Part shown: piece by piece, positions 10,742 through 20,967 of the stretch
How positions within the stretch are numbered: position 1 is the stretch's first letter
Layout of the letters: each line of letters opens with the position of its first letter
Origin: a virus
DNA length: 64,000 bases
IMG/VR virus record: IMGVR_UViG_3300043466_001817
Coordinates: 1 to 64,000 of that record
Direction: 5' to 3' (one strand)
Position numbers and translations under genes: made by a program
Notes under the pieces: generated by a model
Database searches by the model: none
What the model saw: only the letters and a program-made list of their open reading frames with translations
What the model was told of the DNA's origin: nothing

Positions 10742-11380
10742 TTAGGATCTTCTGCGACGATTGGATGGCATTAAAAATAACGCACCAAGTGCAAGAACAC
10801 TTGGCCCCGGAATTACTACGTTTGCACCAAATCCGCAATCGTCAATGAAGTTTCCTTGGGTATTACCGCCAACTGCATTTACAGATTCAAATGCAAATCT
10901 TGTAAGATTTCCAATTGAAGTTACAGTACCTACGTGAAGCCCCCAAGCGGTATTTGAATCAGTAAATTCACCTTGGAATAATACGGTATCATCTCCACCA
11001 CCATATATTTGGTCTGCTCCAAGATCGGTAATTGTCAAACGCATTGTGTCTGTACCGTCTCTGCCACGGTGAGCAAACTTCCAATTTATCTGATTATTAT
11101 CTCCCAACCCATTTACATCTTGATATAAAGTTGATGCATAATTTGCATTCAATTCTGCAAAAGAGTTTCCTTCATATGCAGGAACTCCAAGAAATCCGTT
11201 TTCCCAAATTTCAAGAGTATTGTCTGGCGCTGTTGTGGCCCAGTTTACGGTTGGGCTTGAACCCGAATAAAAACCATACCCCCATACAGAAAAGTCTTCA
11301 AATCCACCGTTAACTAAATCCGCTTTAGCGGAGAATGAAAGTGTTAGTACAGCAATTACAGCAAGTAATTTTTTGAGCAT
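10742..11380 (-). CDS. Secreted protein with PEP-CTERM-like sorting signal
   Basis: Sec signal peptide (MLKKLLAVIAVLTLSFSAKA), DLVNGGFE jelly-roll-like start, C-terminus VIPGPSVLALGALFLMPSNRRRRS (Pro motif, TM, basic tail). Confidence 0.85.
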   Translation of the reverse strand: MLKKLLAVIAVLTLSFSAKADLVNGGFEDFSVWGYGFYSGSSPTVNWATTAPDNTLEIWENGFLGVPAYEGNSFAELNANYASTLYQDVNGLGDNNQINWKFAHRGRDGTDTMRLTITDLGADQIYGGGDDTVLFQGEFTDSNTAWGLHVGTVTSIGNLTRFAFESVNAVGGNTQGNFIDDCGFGANVVIPGPSVLALGALFLMPSNRRRRS

Positions 11381-12060
11381 TAATTTCTCTTTCTAGTATT
11401 GATAAGAGTGCCTAAAGTCAATACAGACATAGTTCCAGCATCTGGGACGCTTGTACCAGAAGCATTTAAACTACCATAACCATAATACTCACCAAATCCG
11501 TAATTGTTTCCTAGAGCAAGGGTTGTACTGTATACATCAAATGGTAGTGTGCTTGGTGTAAGGAATACAGCGAATGGGTCTGTAGGATTAAGTGTATTAG
11601 CATTTATTGGATCCATTGGTGTTAAATTTTGATTGTTTCCATAGTATACACTTTGAACTACAGATTGTGGTACTTGTGGTATAACAATTTCAGATTGTTT
11701 TTCTTGTTGTGGTTTCTTTTTTACCATAGCAAGAAGATCTGAATTTTTAAAATTTACTTGTTCTTCTTTTCCTTTTGGTAACTTTGGAGACCAAGGTCTT
11801 CCAATTATTCTATCATTTAAAGAAGTTTTGGTTGGCTCTTTTGTATCTTTTGCTGTCTTTCCATCTACAGCAGCCATAGCGCTGTTCATGGAATTTACAG
11901 TGGATATTACTGCTTTTGCCCCCTGCTCACCTAATAGGGTCAATGCAGCGGTACAAACTATAGTCAGCGTATATACCCTCTTTTGAAGGATCTTTACGCT
12001 TGCCTTTGCTTCATCGCAAACTTTAGCACAAGAATCGCAACCGTGAGAATGACTGTTCAT
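11380..12060 (-). CDS. Membrane protein with PEP-CTERM-like C-terminus
   Basis: C-terminus VPDAGTMSVLTLGTLINTRKRN; hydrophobic segment near residues 30-45. Confidence 0.65.
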   Translation of the reverse strand: MNSHSHGCDSCAKVCDEAKASVKILQKRVYTLTIVCTAALTLLGEQGAKAVISTVNSMNSAMAAVDGKTAKDTKEPTKTSLNDRIIGRPWSPKLPKGKEEQVNFKNSDLLAMVKKKPQQEKQSEIVIPQVPQSVVQSVYYGNNQNLTPMDPINANTLNPTDPFAVFLTPSTLPFDVYSTTLALGNNYGFGEYYGYGSLNASGTSVPDAGTMSVLTLGTLINTRKRN

Positions 12061-12125
12061 GTTAGTCCTTTCGTGAGAGAAACGACGGGCTAATCTAAAT
12101 TCTCAACAGATGTAATTGTAACTAT

Positions 12126-12428
12126 TTAGGTTTGTGTCTTTTCTTCCTGAATTACTGGGACTTCCTTTGCGGGAGTTCCGGGTTCTGCTTCGATGCAGTT
12201 TACAGGCTTTAGAACGAATGTTCTGACACCCCACATAAGAGCAATTACTGCAACTGGTCCGTACCAGAAGAGCCAACCATAAGATTCGATTTGTGCTCCG
12301 GGTTCTGCAATTTTATCCTTTAGTGCCATCATTACAACATTGTCTGATGTATGATCTGGGATGATGACTGGATCAGAGCTGCAGCCAGCGAGAAGAATCA
12401 TTGAAATTAGAAATAGAAATAGTCTCAT
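12126..12428 (-). CDS. Lipoprotein with an additional TM helix
   Basis: Lipobox LLAG-C at residue 16; TM segment WLFWYGPVAVIALMWGV. Confidence 0.7.
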   Translation of the reverse strand: MRLFLFLISMILLAGCSSDPVIIPDHTSDNVVMMALKDKIAEPGAQIESYGWLFWYGPVAVIALMWGVRTFVLKPVNCIEAEPGTPAKEVPVIQEEKTQT

Positions 12429-12438
12429 GGTTCACTCC

Positions 12439-12876
12439 TTATGATTTATTGTTGGCTGCTGCGGAGCCAAAGTAGAATCCTACGATGCTTAGAAGAACTT
12501 CACGGTTCTCTGATGTCCAGAAGAATCCATTAATTTCTACGAATGCTTTCTTTGCAGATGCTGGGATCAAACCAAACAATGCTTCTGAATTTTTGACATC
12601 AACTTCTACGAAAGTAGGAACGCCAAAGAAGGGAAGAATGAAAGGTGCTGCGAAAGCTCCGAATAGAACGACGAGTACGATGATTTGACGAACAACTCTG
12701 CCTGCATCAAGGGGAACTCTTTGAGCTGCTTGATTTTGATTTTCAGTTGTTTGTTTGTTTGCTTGGATGAGCCGTTCGAACATTTCCTTTTGATCTTGGC
12801 TCTTTTGTGCCATATAACGAAAAAGAAATCCCGTTGCCCCACCACCTACCATGCTAATCAATTCTGGTGAAAACAT
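12439..12876 (-). CDS. Multi-TM membrane protein (holin-like candidate)
   Basis: Hydrophobic segments and C-terminal IVGFYFGS, a motif seen in 3TM phage holin-like proteins. Confidence 0.55.
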   Translation of the reverse strand: MFSPELISMVGGGATGFLFRYMAQKSQDQKEMFERLIQANKQTTENQNQAAQRVPLDAGRVVRQIIVLVVLFGAFAAPFILPFFGVPTFVEVDVKNSEALFGLIPASAKKAFVEINGFFWTSENREVLLSIVGFYFGSAAANNKS

Positions 12877-12886
12877 AATCTATACC

Positions 12887-13486
12887 TCAATTCTTTTGAT
12901 ATGAAAGTTGCAATTCAATCGAAGCACGAATATTTTCAAAGTGATTCATTAAAATTTCTTCTTGAGCCAAATTTGGCATATAATCTTTATGCCATTGGAT
13001 CAATACGAATCCGACATTGATGTTTTTATTTTTTACTGGAAGACATGCAATGTGTGAAACAAATTCATCTTCAAAGAAGTGTTTTGAATGACTGTTATCT
13101 GGCATTGCGGCAACGCTAAAAATTAATGGCTTGTTTTCTACTACTCTGACAAGAAGAGGAATGAACAAAGAGCATAGAGAGGATTTTAATTTATTTGCTT
13201 GGGATGCATACCCTTTGTGAATAGATTCATGGGTTGTGGAGAACTTTTTCATGGAAATTCCATCCATGGTATATTCACCATTATGGAATTGAATAAGCAT
13301 AGTTCTCATTGCGTGGCTTGTTAGACGAAGTTCAGTCAAAAGTTCATTTATTTCGCTGTGAATTAGAATAAAATTGTCAGTCTTTTTCTTAGACTTCCAA
13401 AATTTTTTAATTCCAAGACCTAGGCCCAATAACCCGGCAACTGCAAGACCTATATCCTCTGCTAATTTTATGAAATCTGACATCAA
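12887..13486 (-). CDS. Single-TM protein with GAF-like domain (T4 holin T-like architecture)
   Basis: N-terminal TM, then FHNG...G...K.S.THE and C-terminal LPV...VGFVLIQW GAF-like strands; TATAAATA upstream (13502-13509, minus strand). Confidence 0.5.
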   Translation of the reverse strand: MMSDFIKLAEDIGLAVAGLLGLGLGIKKFWKSKKKTDNFILIHSEINELLTELRLTSHAMRTMLIQFHNGEYTMDGISMKKFSTTHESIHKGYASQANKLKSSLCSLFIPLLVRVVENKPLIFSVAAMPDNSHSKHFFEDEFVSHIACLPVKNKNINVGFVLIQWHKDYMPNLAQEEILMNHFENIRASIELQLSYQKN

Positions 13487-13547
13487 AACTCCCTGTCTGA
13501 ATATTTATATCTTGACGAAGCCGTATTATGGGGTATATTGGTCATCT

Positions 13548-13874
13548 ATGATGACCCGAGAACAACTATTTGAATTACACCAAAATATCTGCACAGAAGC
13601 CCTAGAATTGATGCGTAAGAAGAACAATGATTACGCAAACGGATTTGATCCGTTCCTAAATTTTAGACGAGCAGAATATCTTGGATTTTCTACCGCAGAA
13701 CTAGGTGTCCTTATCAGAATGACAGATAAGATGTCAAGAATTTCAACATTCCTGAACAAGGGCGAACTTTCTTTGCAAAATGAGAGTGTCCAAGATGCGA
13801 TTGTTGACATAATTAACTACAGTGTTATACTTGCTGGTCTGCTGAAGGACAAGGACGACAAGAAGGCTTCATGA
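13548..13874 (+). CDS. DUF1599-like (nucleotide-modification-associated) protein
   Basis: KKNNDY...F.NF, IRMTDKMSRI and ESVQDAIVDIINY motifs. Start reassigned to 13548, downstream of TTGACG-N16-TATATT. Confidence 0.75.
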   Translation: MMTREQLFELHQNICTEALELMRKKNNDYANGFDPFLNFRRAEYLGFSTAELGVLIRMTDKMSRISTFLNKGELSLQNESVQDAIVDIINYSVILAGLLKDKDDKKAS

Positions 13875-16381
13875 AATTTTATACTGGCTGTGCAATCAAA
13901 GGGAACAAGATTCTTGTTCGGGGCTATAGCAATGGAAAGCGATTTACCGACAATGTAAATTTTAAACCATCGCTATTCCTCAAGACTGACGAGGACAGCC
14001 AGTATAAGACTCTTACTGGAGTCAATGTCAAGCGTATCAAGTTTGACAAGATCTATGATTGTCGTGAGTTTTTAGACCAATACCGCGAGTTGGAGGATTG
14101 CCCAATCTATGGGAACACAGATTTCATTACTCAGTATCTACTGGAGACTTATAAGGGTGAGGTGGACTATGATCTTCCCACCATCAAAGTAGCCTATTTC
14201 GACATTGAGTGTGAGAGTGAAGGCGGCTTCCCTGATCTAGATAATCCGAATGAACGGATCAATCTTATCACGGTGAGAATTTCTGGTTTGAACTATGTGA
14301 TCGCCATGAAGCCCCTCAATCTTCCGGCTGGCTGTAAGTTCATTCTTGCTGCATCCGAGAAGGATCTCATTGAGAAGTTCTTCAAAGTCCTCAAGAAAGA
14401 AGATCCAGACATCCTTACTGGATGGAATATCAAGTTGTTCGATATCCCCTATATAATTGGTAGGGCACGACTGTTTTTTGATGAAAAGACAATCCAGAGT
14501 TGGCTTCCTTTTGAATTGCTGAAGGAACGGATTACGAACATTGGTGGCAGGGATTTCAAGATCTTTGAGATGCCCGGTTACACTATTTTGGATTACATGG
14601 ATCTTTACAAGAAGTTCTCTGGAACCAATCAAGAAAGTTACGCCCTGAACTTCATTGCAAAGGCGGAACTAGATGAGCAGAAATTGGATTATAGTGAATA
14701 CGGTTCTCTTCGGGAGTTTTATACTAAAGACTTTCAGAGATTTGCGGAATATAATATCCAAGATACTGAACTGGTTGAGAGACTTGACAATAAGCTCAAG
14801 TTGATCGATCTTGCGGTGTCGATTGCGTATGAGGCCAAGATCACTTTTGATACGGTGTTCTTTGCCACACGCATCTGGGAAACCATCTGCTGCGACTATC
14901 TTTTGCAGAAGAAGATTGTTCCACCCTTGAAGACTAAGTATGCCAAGGACGATCAGTTCGTCGGTGCGTATGTCAAAGAGGTAACACCGGGACTGTACAA
15001 GAATGTAGTCAGTTTTGATGCTACCAGCCTGTATCCCAGCATCATCATGGGCTGGAACATTTCGCCTGAAACTTGCACAATAAAGAACTCTTCTCTGAAT
15101 GCTGACGATTTCCTTCTTGGTAAGCGTAGTGACATTCCAGAGATGATTGAAGACGCAAAGACACGGAATTCGTGTCTGGCTTGCAATGGATCGTTCTTCA
15201 CCAATGAGGTTCGTGGGTTCATTCCAACCTTGATTGAGATCACATTCAATCAGCGCCAAGAAGCTAAGAAGAAGATGATTCAACTTGAGAAGGAATATGA
15301 AGGCAACAAGAACAAAGATCTTATTCCCCGTATTGCTGCTCTGAAGATTCGTCAATCGGTCAAGAAGATTTTGGCAAACAGTCTGTATGGATGCTTGGGC
15401 AATCCCGCATTCACATATTCTTCACCTGAACTGGCAACCGCTGTTACCGTAACTGGTCAGGTTATCATCCGTTCTGCAGAGAATGAGATGAACAATTATA
15501 TCAACAAGGTGATGAAGAGTCCTGAACCAAAGGATTATGTCATTGCCGTAGATACCGACTCGGTGTATCTGAATCTTGATGATATTATTACAAAAGTTTC
15601 TAGTAACAGCAAGATTCCAGACATTACATCATTTGTAAATGATATTTGCGAGAAGAACATCCAGCCACAGTTGACCAAGACTATGACTGAACTTTCTTCA
15701 AAGTTGAATTGCAGTCAAAACAAGATCTCATTCAAGCGTGAAGCCATCGCTTCGGCTGGGCTCTTTGTAGCCAAGAAGAGATACGCTCTGCTGGTATATG
15801 ATCTTGAAGGTGTTCGTTTCACCGAACCCAAACTTAAGATCATGGGTCTTGAGACTGCTCGTAGTAGCACTCCTGCAATCGTTCGTAATAAACTAAAAGA
15901 TTCAATCAAGATCATCCTTACAAAAACTCCTGAGGAGTTGCGACACTTTGTGAATAAATTTTATGATGATTTTATGAAATTACCTTTGGAAGATGTCGCA
16001 GCTCCTCGGGGCGTTAAGGGACTGAATAAGTATAAGGATGTTACGGACATTTACAAGTCTGGAACGCCCATTGCAACAAAGGCAGCATTGCTCCACAATG
16101 ACTACATAAAGAAGATTGGCATCGACAAGGAAGTTGCTGCAATCGGTGAAAATGACAAGATGAAGTTTGTGTTCCTAAAGGTTCCCAATCCTTATGGAAA
16201 GGGTGGCAAGGATGGAGTAATTGGATTCATCAATAAGCCCCCTGCAAAGTTTAATCTAGAAAAATACATTGATCGTAAGAAACAATTTGAGAAAACATTT
16301 GGTGAACCTCTGGACAATATTCTTGAGGCAATCAACTGGACGATAAAAGAACAAGTGACGCTTGAATCCTTCTTTGGGTGA
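13871..16381 (+). CDS. gp43: Family B DNA polymerase, T4 gp43-like
   Basis: ExoI FDIECE, ExoII GWNIKLFDIPY, SFDATSLYPS, KILANSLYG and DTDS motifs. Confidence 0.98.
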   Translation: MKFYTGCAIKGNKILVRGYSNGKRFTDNVNFKPSLFLKTDEDSQYKTLTGVNVKRIKFDKIYDCREFLDQYRELEDCPIYGNTDFITQYLLETYKGEVDYDLPTIKVAYFDIECESEGGFPDLDNPNERINLITVRISGLNYVIAMKPLNLPAGCKFILAASEKDLIEKFFKVLKKEDPDILTGWNIKLFDIPYIIGRARLFFDEKTIQSWLPFELLKERITNIGGRDFKIFEMPGYTILDYMDLYKKFSGTNQESYALNFIAKAELDEQKLDYSEYGSLREFYTKDFQRFAEYNIQDTELVERLDNKLKLIDLAVSIAYEAKITFDTVFFATRIWETICCDYLLQKKIVPPLKTKYAKDDQFVGAYVKEVTPGLYKNVVSFDATSLYPSIIMGWNISPETCTIKNSSLNADDFLLGKRSDIPEMIEDAKTRNSCLACNGSFFTNEVRGFIPTLIEITFNQRQEAKKKMIQLEKEYEGNKNKDLIPRIAALKIRQSVKKILANSLYGCLGNPAFTYSSPELATAVTVTGQVIIRSAENEMNNYINKVMKSPEPKDYVIAVDTDSVYLNLDDIITKVSSNSKIPDITSFVNDICEKNIQPQLTKTMTELSSKLNCSQNKISFKREAIASAGLFVAKKRYALLVYDLEGVRFTEPKLKIMGLETARSSTPAIVRNKLKDSIKIILTKTPEELRHFVNKFYDDFMKLPLEDVAAPRGVKGLNKYKDVTDIYKSGTPIATKAALLHNDYIKKIGIDKEVAAIGENDKMKFVFLKVPNPYGKGGKDGVIGFINKPPAKFNLEKYIDRKKQFEKTFGEPLDNILEAINWTIKEQVTLESFFG

Positions 16382-16959
16382 GGTATAATATAGTCATGTA
16401 TAGACGCATCTATAATGGATATGAAGTTGAATGGGCAGAGAATACAAGCACCTATTCAAAAATGATGTATGATGGTGTGCAATTTCATAATGTAATTGCA
16501 AGATTTTCAAATGTAACTTTGACGCTAAAAGTATCTGCTAAAGTCACTCCCTATTCTTCTGATGGAAAACAACAGCATTCTCCTGCTCTTCTTACTTTTG
16601 AAATTACAAAAGAATTGCTTGAAGACTTTGGAGTTAACATTCTTGATAATAAAACAGTTCAAGATGAAAGTTTTATTCCAAATGTCATAAAGGTTACCAG
16701 TAATATGGGTTTTTGGCATTCTAAAATGGTAAATGCAATTCATACACAAAATACTACATCGACACCAATTAATACCAGATATCCTAAAGCGTATTATAAC
16801 GATCAATTTTTTGATACAACTAAATTTGATACAACTCAAGATATAGATTATAAAGAACAATTGAAGATCAAAGATGAACTGATTGAAGATCTTCGCATGG
16901 AAATTCAAGATCTCAAAGATGAAATTGAGACTCTTAAGGCTATAGCACTAGATGCTTAA
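16378..16959 (+). CDS. Hypothetical protein with C-terminal coiled coil
   Basis: 193-aa ORF between gp43 and uvsX. Confidence 0.6.
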   Translation: MRYNIVMYRRIYNGYEVEWAENTSTYSKMMYDGVQFHNVIARFSNVTLTLKVSAKVTPYSSDGKQQHSPALLTFEITKELLEDFGVNILDNKTVQDESFIPNVIKVTSNMGFWHSKMVNAIHTQNTTSTPINTRYPKAYYNDQFFDTTKFDTTQDIDYKEQLKIKDELIEDLRMEIQDLKDEIETLKAIALDA

Positions 16960-16973
16960 TTACAAGGAAAATT

Positions 16974-17996
16974 ATGTCAAAATATCTTAAAAACTTAATC
17001 AGTAAGATTGATAACCCAGACGCAACTCTAGTATCAGAGGGAATCGACGGCGCGGATGTAACCGGATTCATTGATACTGGATCATACGCACTTAATGCCC
17101 TGCTGTCTGGTTCAATCTTTGGTGGATTACCAAACAATAAGATCTCTTGCTTGGCAGGAGATCCGGCAACAGGAAAGACCTTCTATGCCATTGGCATCGC
17201 AGGCCAGTTCCTAAAGGATCACAAGGACGGTGTTGTGATTTATTTTGATACCGAGCAGGCAGTGACATCAGATATGTTCACCGCCCGTGGAGTTGATCCT
17301 GAGCGCATTGCAGTCATTCCTGTTGCCACAATCGAAGAGTTTAAGACTCAATCTCTCAAGATTGTCAATGACATTCTTGAGCAGCCTGAGGACGAGCGCA
17401 AGCCAGTCTTCATGATTCTTGACTCACTTGGAATGTTGTCTACTCGCAAGGAGATGACAGATTCTGCTGAAGGCAAGGATGTCCGAGATATGACAAAGGC
17501 CCAGCAGACCAAGGCAACCTTCCGGGTTCTCACATTGAAACTTGGCAAGGCAAGGATTCCCATGCTTTTGACCAACCACACATACCAAGTCATCGGCGCT
17601 TATGTACCGACAAAGGAACTGGGTGGCGGTATTGGCTTGAAGTATGCAGCCAGCAACATTCTAACTCTGTCAAAGAGCAAGGATAAGAGTGATGAAGGCG
17701 TTGTTGGTAACTTTATTAAGTGCACCAACTACAAGAACCGATTCGTCAAGGAGAACATGCAGGTTGAAACCCGACTGAACTATACTTCGGGACTAAGCAG
17801 ATATTATGGCCTGACTGATTTGGCTATGAAGTATAATATATTCAAGAAGGTATCGACTCGCGTTGAACTTCCTGATGGAACAAAAGTTTTTGAGAAGAAC
17901 ATTGATGATGAACCTGAAAAATATTTTACAAAAGATATCTTGGAAAAACTTGACAAAGAAATTCAGAAGGACTTTAAGTATGGACAAGGCAGTTGA
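16974..17996 (+). CDS. uvsX: RecA-like recombinase UvsX
   Basis: DTGSYALN, Walker A GDPATGKT, YFDTE, ILDSLG and GGGIGLKYAAS motifs. Confidence 0.97.
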   Translation: MSKYLKNLISKIDNPDATLVSEGIDGADVTGFIDTGSYALNALLSGSIFGGLPNNKISCLAGDPATGKTFYAIGIAGQFLKDHKDGVVIYFDTEQAVTSDMFTARGVDPERIAVIPVATIEEFKTQSLKIVNDILEQPEDERKPVFMILDSLGMLSTRKEMTDSAEGKDVRDMTKAQQTKATFRVLTLKLGKARIPMLLTNHTYQVIGAYVPTKELGGGIGLKYAASNILTLSKSKDKSDEGVVGNFIKCTNYKNRFVKENMQVETRLNYTSGLSRYYGLTDLAMKYNIFKKVSTRVELPDGTKVFEKNIDDEPEKYFTKDILEKLDKEIQKDFKYGQGS

Positions 17997-18303
17997 TTTT
18001 GACCTATTACCAGATGATACCACGGACTTGACAAATACTTGTCCGATTATCATCAAGAGTGGAAAATTTAAAGACATTGTTTATCGTTATGGAAAGATTT
18101 CATTTAAAGAACTAGAAGATGGTTCTCTGAATGTCAATATGGAAGTTGAAATGATTAAGGCTCCCGAAGATTTTAATCAACAAGATCCAGAATTTACTGA
18201 GACTGTTGGTAATATCTTTACAAAAATTATAGAAGATCAAGTTACAACACAAGAAAAAGATCTTGAAGCCGATGTTCATGAAGATCCTGTGGACAATACC
18301 TGA
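17980..18303 (+). CDS. Small acidic protein at the T4 gp40 position
   Basis: Synteny uvsX-x-41; G.FKDIVYRYGKISF motif. Start reassigned to the ATG at 17980. Confidence 0.6.
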   Translation: MDKAVDFDLLPDDTTDLTNTCPIIIKSGKFKDIVYRYGKISFKELEDGSLNVNMEVEMIKAPEDFNQQDPEFTETVGNIFTKIIEDQVTTQEKDLEADVHEDPVDNT

Positions 18304-18323
18304 ATAGGTGATATACTAACAAC

Positions 18324-19739
18324 ATGGAAACAGTAATTCTAAAGAACCTAGTCCTCAATGAGGACTATGCTCGCAAAGTCGTCCCATTCCTTCAGGAAGA
18401 ATACTTTCATGATAAGGCCGAGAAGACGGTCTTCAACATTGTCAGTAAGTTTATTCTGAAGTACAACAACATCCCTACAAAGGATGCAGTTCATATTTCT
18501 CTGGAGAATGATTCTGCACTTTCTGAAGTTGAATTCAAGAAGTGTGTTTCAATTTCCGATGAGATGTACAAGCAAGGTGAAATGTCAGACACCATTTGGC
18601 TTGTGGAGAACACTGAAAAGTTTTGCAAAGAAAAGGCCATCTACAATGGTATCATGGAATCAATCGGTATCATTGAGGGCAAGGATAAAGAGAAGACACA
18701 GAATGCCATTCCTGAAATCATGTCAAAGGCGCTTTCTGTTTCATTTGATACTCGTGTCGGCCATGATTTTCTAGAGGATGTAGATGAGCGATATGAATAT
18801 TACCACAGAGTTGAAGAAAAAGTCCCTTTTGATCTTGAGATGTTCAATCTCATTACTCGCGGCGGTGTTCGTAAAAAGACCCTTAATGTAGTCATGGCGG
18901 CTTCGGGTGTAGGTAAGAGTGCTTTCCTATGCCATCATGCTGCTGCCTGTTTGGCACAGAACTTGAATGTTCTTTACATCACGCTTGAGATGGCCGAGGA
19001 AGAGATTGCAAAGCGTATTGATGCAAACTTGCTCAATACAGATATGCATGACCTTGAGCGTATGCCGTTGACCCAATATGAGGGCAAGGTTGACACCCTA
19101 AGAAAGACTTGCCGTGGCAAACTTATCATCAAGGAATATCCTACCGCTGCCGCAAACGTAACCCACTTCCGTAATCTCATGGAAGAGTTGAAGATTAAGA
19201 AAAAATTTGTTCCCGATGTAATCTTTGTTGATTACTTGAACATTTGCTCCTGCGCCCGCTTCAAGTTGGGCAATGGTATGAACAGTTATACCTATGTCAA
19301 AGGCATTGCAGAGGAGTTAAGAGGGCTTGCAAAGCAGTTCAATGTCCCTCTATGGACAGCCACTCAGGTCAACCGTGAAGGTGCAAAGAGCAGCGACATG
19401 GAGATGACAGATACCTCTGAAAGTTTTGGTCTACCCCAGACTGCTGATCTGTTTTTTGCTTTGATTGAGACCGATGAACTTGCCGAGGCAGGACAACTCA
19501 TGGTCAAGCAGTTGAAGAATCGTGGAAACGATACAACTAAGAATAAGAAGTTCTTGGTAGGTGTCAACAAGTCTAAGATGAAGTTTTTTGATGTTGACAA
19601 TGGAAACAATAACTTGGTAAATTCAAATAATACTGACGAAGAAGGATTTGGTTCCGGCTTTGATGGAGCATCTTTTGATCCACAATTTGGAAAAAAGAAG
19701 AACAAAGTTGTTAGTTGGACATTTGAAGAGACTAAGTGA
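18324..19739 (+). CDS. gp41: Replicative DnaB-like helicase gp41
   Basis: AASGVGKS Walker A, YITLEMAEE, FVDYLNI, TATQVNR and SESFGLPQTAD motifs. Confidence 0.97.
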   Translation: METVILKNLVLNEDYARKVVPFLQEEYFHDKAEKTVFNIVSKFILKYNNIPTKDAVHISLENDSALSEVEFKKCVSISDEMYKQGEMSDTIWLVENTEKFCKEKAIYNGIMESIGIIEGKDKEKTQNAIPEIMSKALSVSFDTRVGHDFLEDVDERYEYYHRVEEKVPFDLEMFNLITRGGVRKKTLNVVMAASGVGKSAFLCHHAAACLAQNLNVLYITLEMAEEEIAKRIDANLLNTDMHDLERMPLTQYEGKVDTLRKTCRGKLIIKEYPTAAANVTHFRNLMEELKIKKKFVPDVIFVDYLNICSCARFKLGNGMNSYTYVKGIAEELRGLAKQFNVPLWTATQVNREGAKSSDMEMTDTSESFGLPQTADLFFALIETDELAEAGQLMVKQLKNRGNDTTKNKKFLVGVNKSKMKFFDVDNGNNNLVNSNNTDEEGFGSGFDGASFDPQFGKKKNKVVSWTFEETK

Positions 19740-20725
19740 TGAGTATATATATCGATAAGAAGTATGTGAATCTTTGTTCCGGTTCCCTTGAGAAGTTCAA
19801 GTGGAAGAAGGATAACCTAGCGACTTGCCGATGCTTCAAGTGCGGGGACTCAGTAAGGAACAAGACGAAGACAAGAGGTTACTTCTTCGAACACAAAGGA
19901 AGCTATGTTTACAAGTGTCATAATTGCGGATTTGCTTGTGGTGTATATGGTGTTCTTGAAAGTGTCTGCCCAAATCTCTGCAAAGAATACACATTCGAGA
20001 ACTTTAGAGAAAAAGAACCAGAGAGACCCGTCGAACAACCAAAACAACAAACTGAAAGTTTGTTTACCGATCTCGGCGTTAGGCTTGACAGGCTAAACCC
20101 GGATCATAAGGCAGTAAAATATGTTGAGTCTAGAGAAATTCCGAAAGAAAAATATAGCAACTTTTATTACTGCAGTGATTTTAGTAAAATCCTGCGAACT
20201 TTTGGCAAAGAAGGCAGAAAGGAAGATCGATTGGTTATTCCTTTCTATGATGAGACCGGAGAGTTGCTGGGTGTCCAAGGGCGGTCGTTTAATGAGTGCA
20301 AAGATGCAATCCGCTATATCACGCTCAAACGACCGGGTTGCGAAAATCTTTGGTATAATCTAGACAAAGTAGATCCCCGTGAGACTGTGTATGTCACAGA
20401 GGGTCCTATTGACTCTATGTTCATTCCTAATGCTGTTGCCATGCAAGGAGCAAAATGGATGGATGAACTGCCAGAGAAGATCAAGAAGTCAAAGGTAGTA
20501 TTTATTTTTGACAATGAACCAAGAAATCATGAAATCGTCAGCATCGTTGGCAAGTACATTGATGCTGGCAGAGATGTGGTTGTTTGGCCTGAAGAGATAA
20601 ATAAAAAAGATATCAATGATTTAGTTTTGGCTTATGGCATCTCCAAAACTGTGAGTCTTGTAATAAACAATGTTTATTCTGGACTAAAGGCGAAGATGCG
20701 TTATACTTATTGGAAGCGAGTTTAA
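19736..20725 (+). CDS. gp61: DNA primase gp61
   Basis: Zn finger (CFKCGDS...CHNC) and TOPRIM (VTEGPIDS, FDNEPRN, KDIND) motifs. Confidence 0.95.
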   Translation: MMSIYIDKKYVNLCSGSLEKFKWKKDNLATCRCFKCGDSVRNKTKTRGYFFEHKGSYVYKCHNCGFACGVYGVLESVCPNLCKEYTFENFREKEPERPVEQPKQQTESLFTDLGVRLDRLNPDHKAVKYVESREIPKEKYSNFYYCSDFSKILRTFGKEGRKEDRLVIPFYDETGELLGVQGRSFNECKDAIRYITLKRPGCENLWYNLDKVDPRETVYVTEGPIDSMFIPNAVAMQGAKWMDELPEKIKKSKVVFIFDNEPRNHEIVSIVGKYIDAGRDVVVWPEEINKKDINDLVLAYGISKTVSLVINNVYSGLKAKMRYTYWKRV

Positions 20726-20727
20726 AT

Positions 20728-20967
20728 ATGGAAAATAACGAAGAATTACCAGAAGACATGTCTGAAGAAATGCTAGACATGATCAGCAAGGCTTATATCA
20801 ATTTTACAGGAAGATTCAGCGACTACATCAAGGAAATGGATCCAGAACTCTGGGCACGTGCAAGAGCATACGCTGCAGACTATGTTGATGTTCCTGGTGT
20901 TACACTTGAAATTATTGATGAGGATGATGTAAATGACACAGACGACAACAAGCACGGCGCAGATTAA
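20728..20967 (+). CDS. Small acidic hypothetical protein
   Basis: 79-aa ORF in the operon. Confidence 0.6.
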   Translation: MENNEELPEDMSEEMLDMISKAYINFTGRFSDYIKEMDPELWARARAYAADYVDVPGVTLEIIDEDDVNDTDDNKHGAD

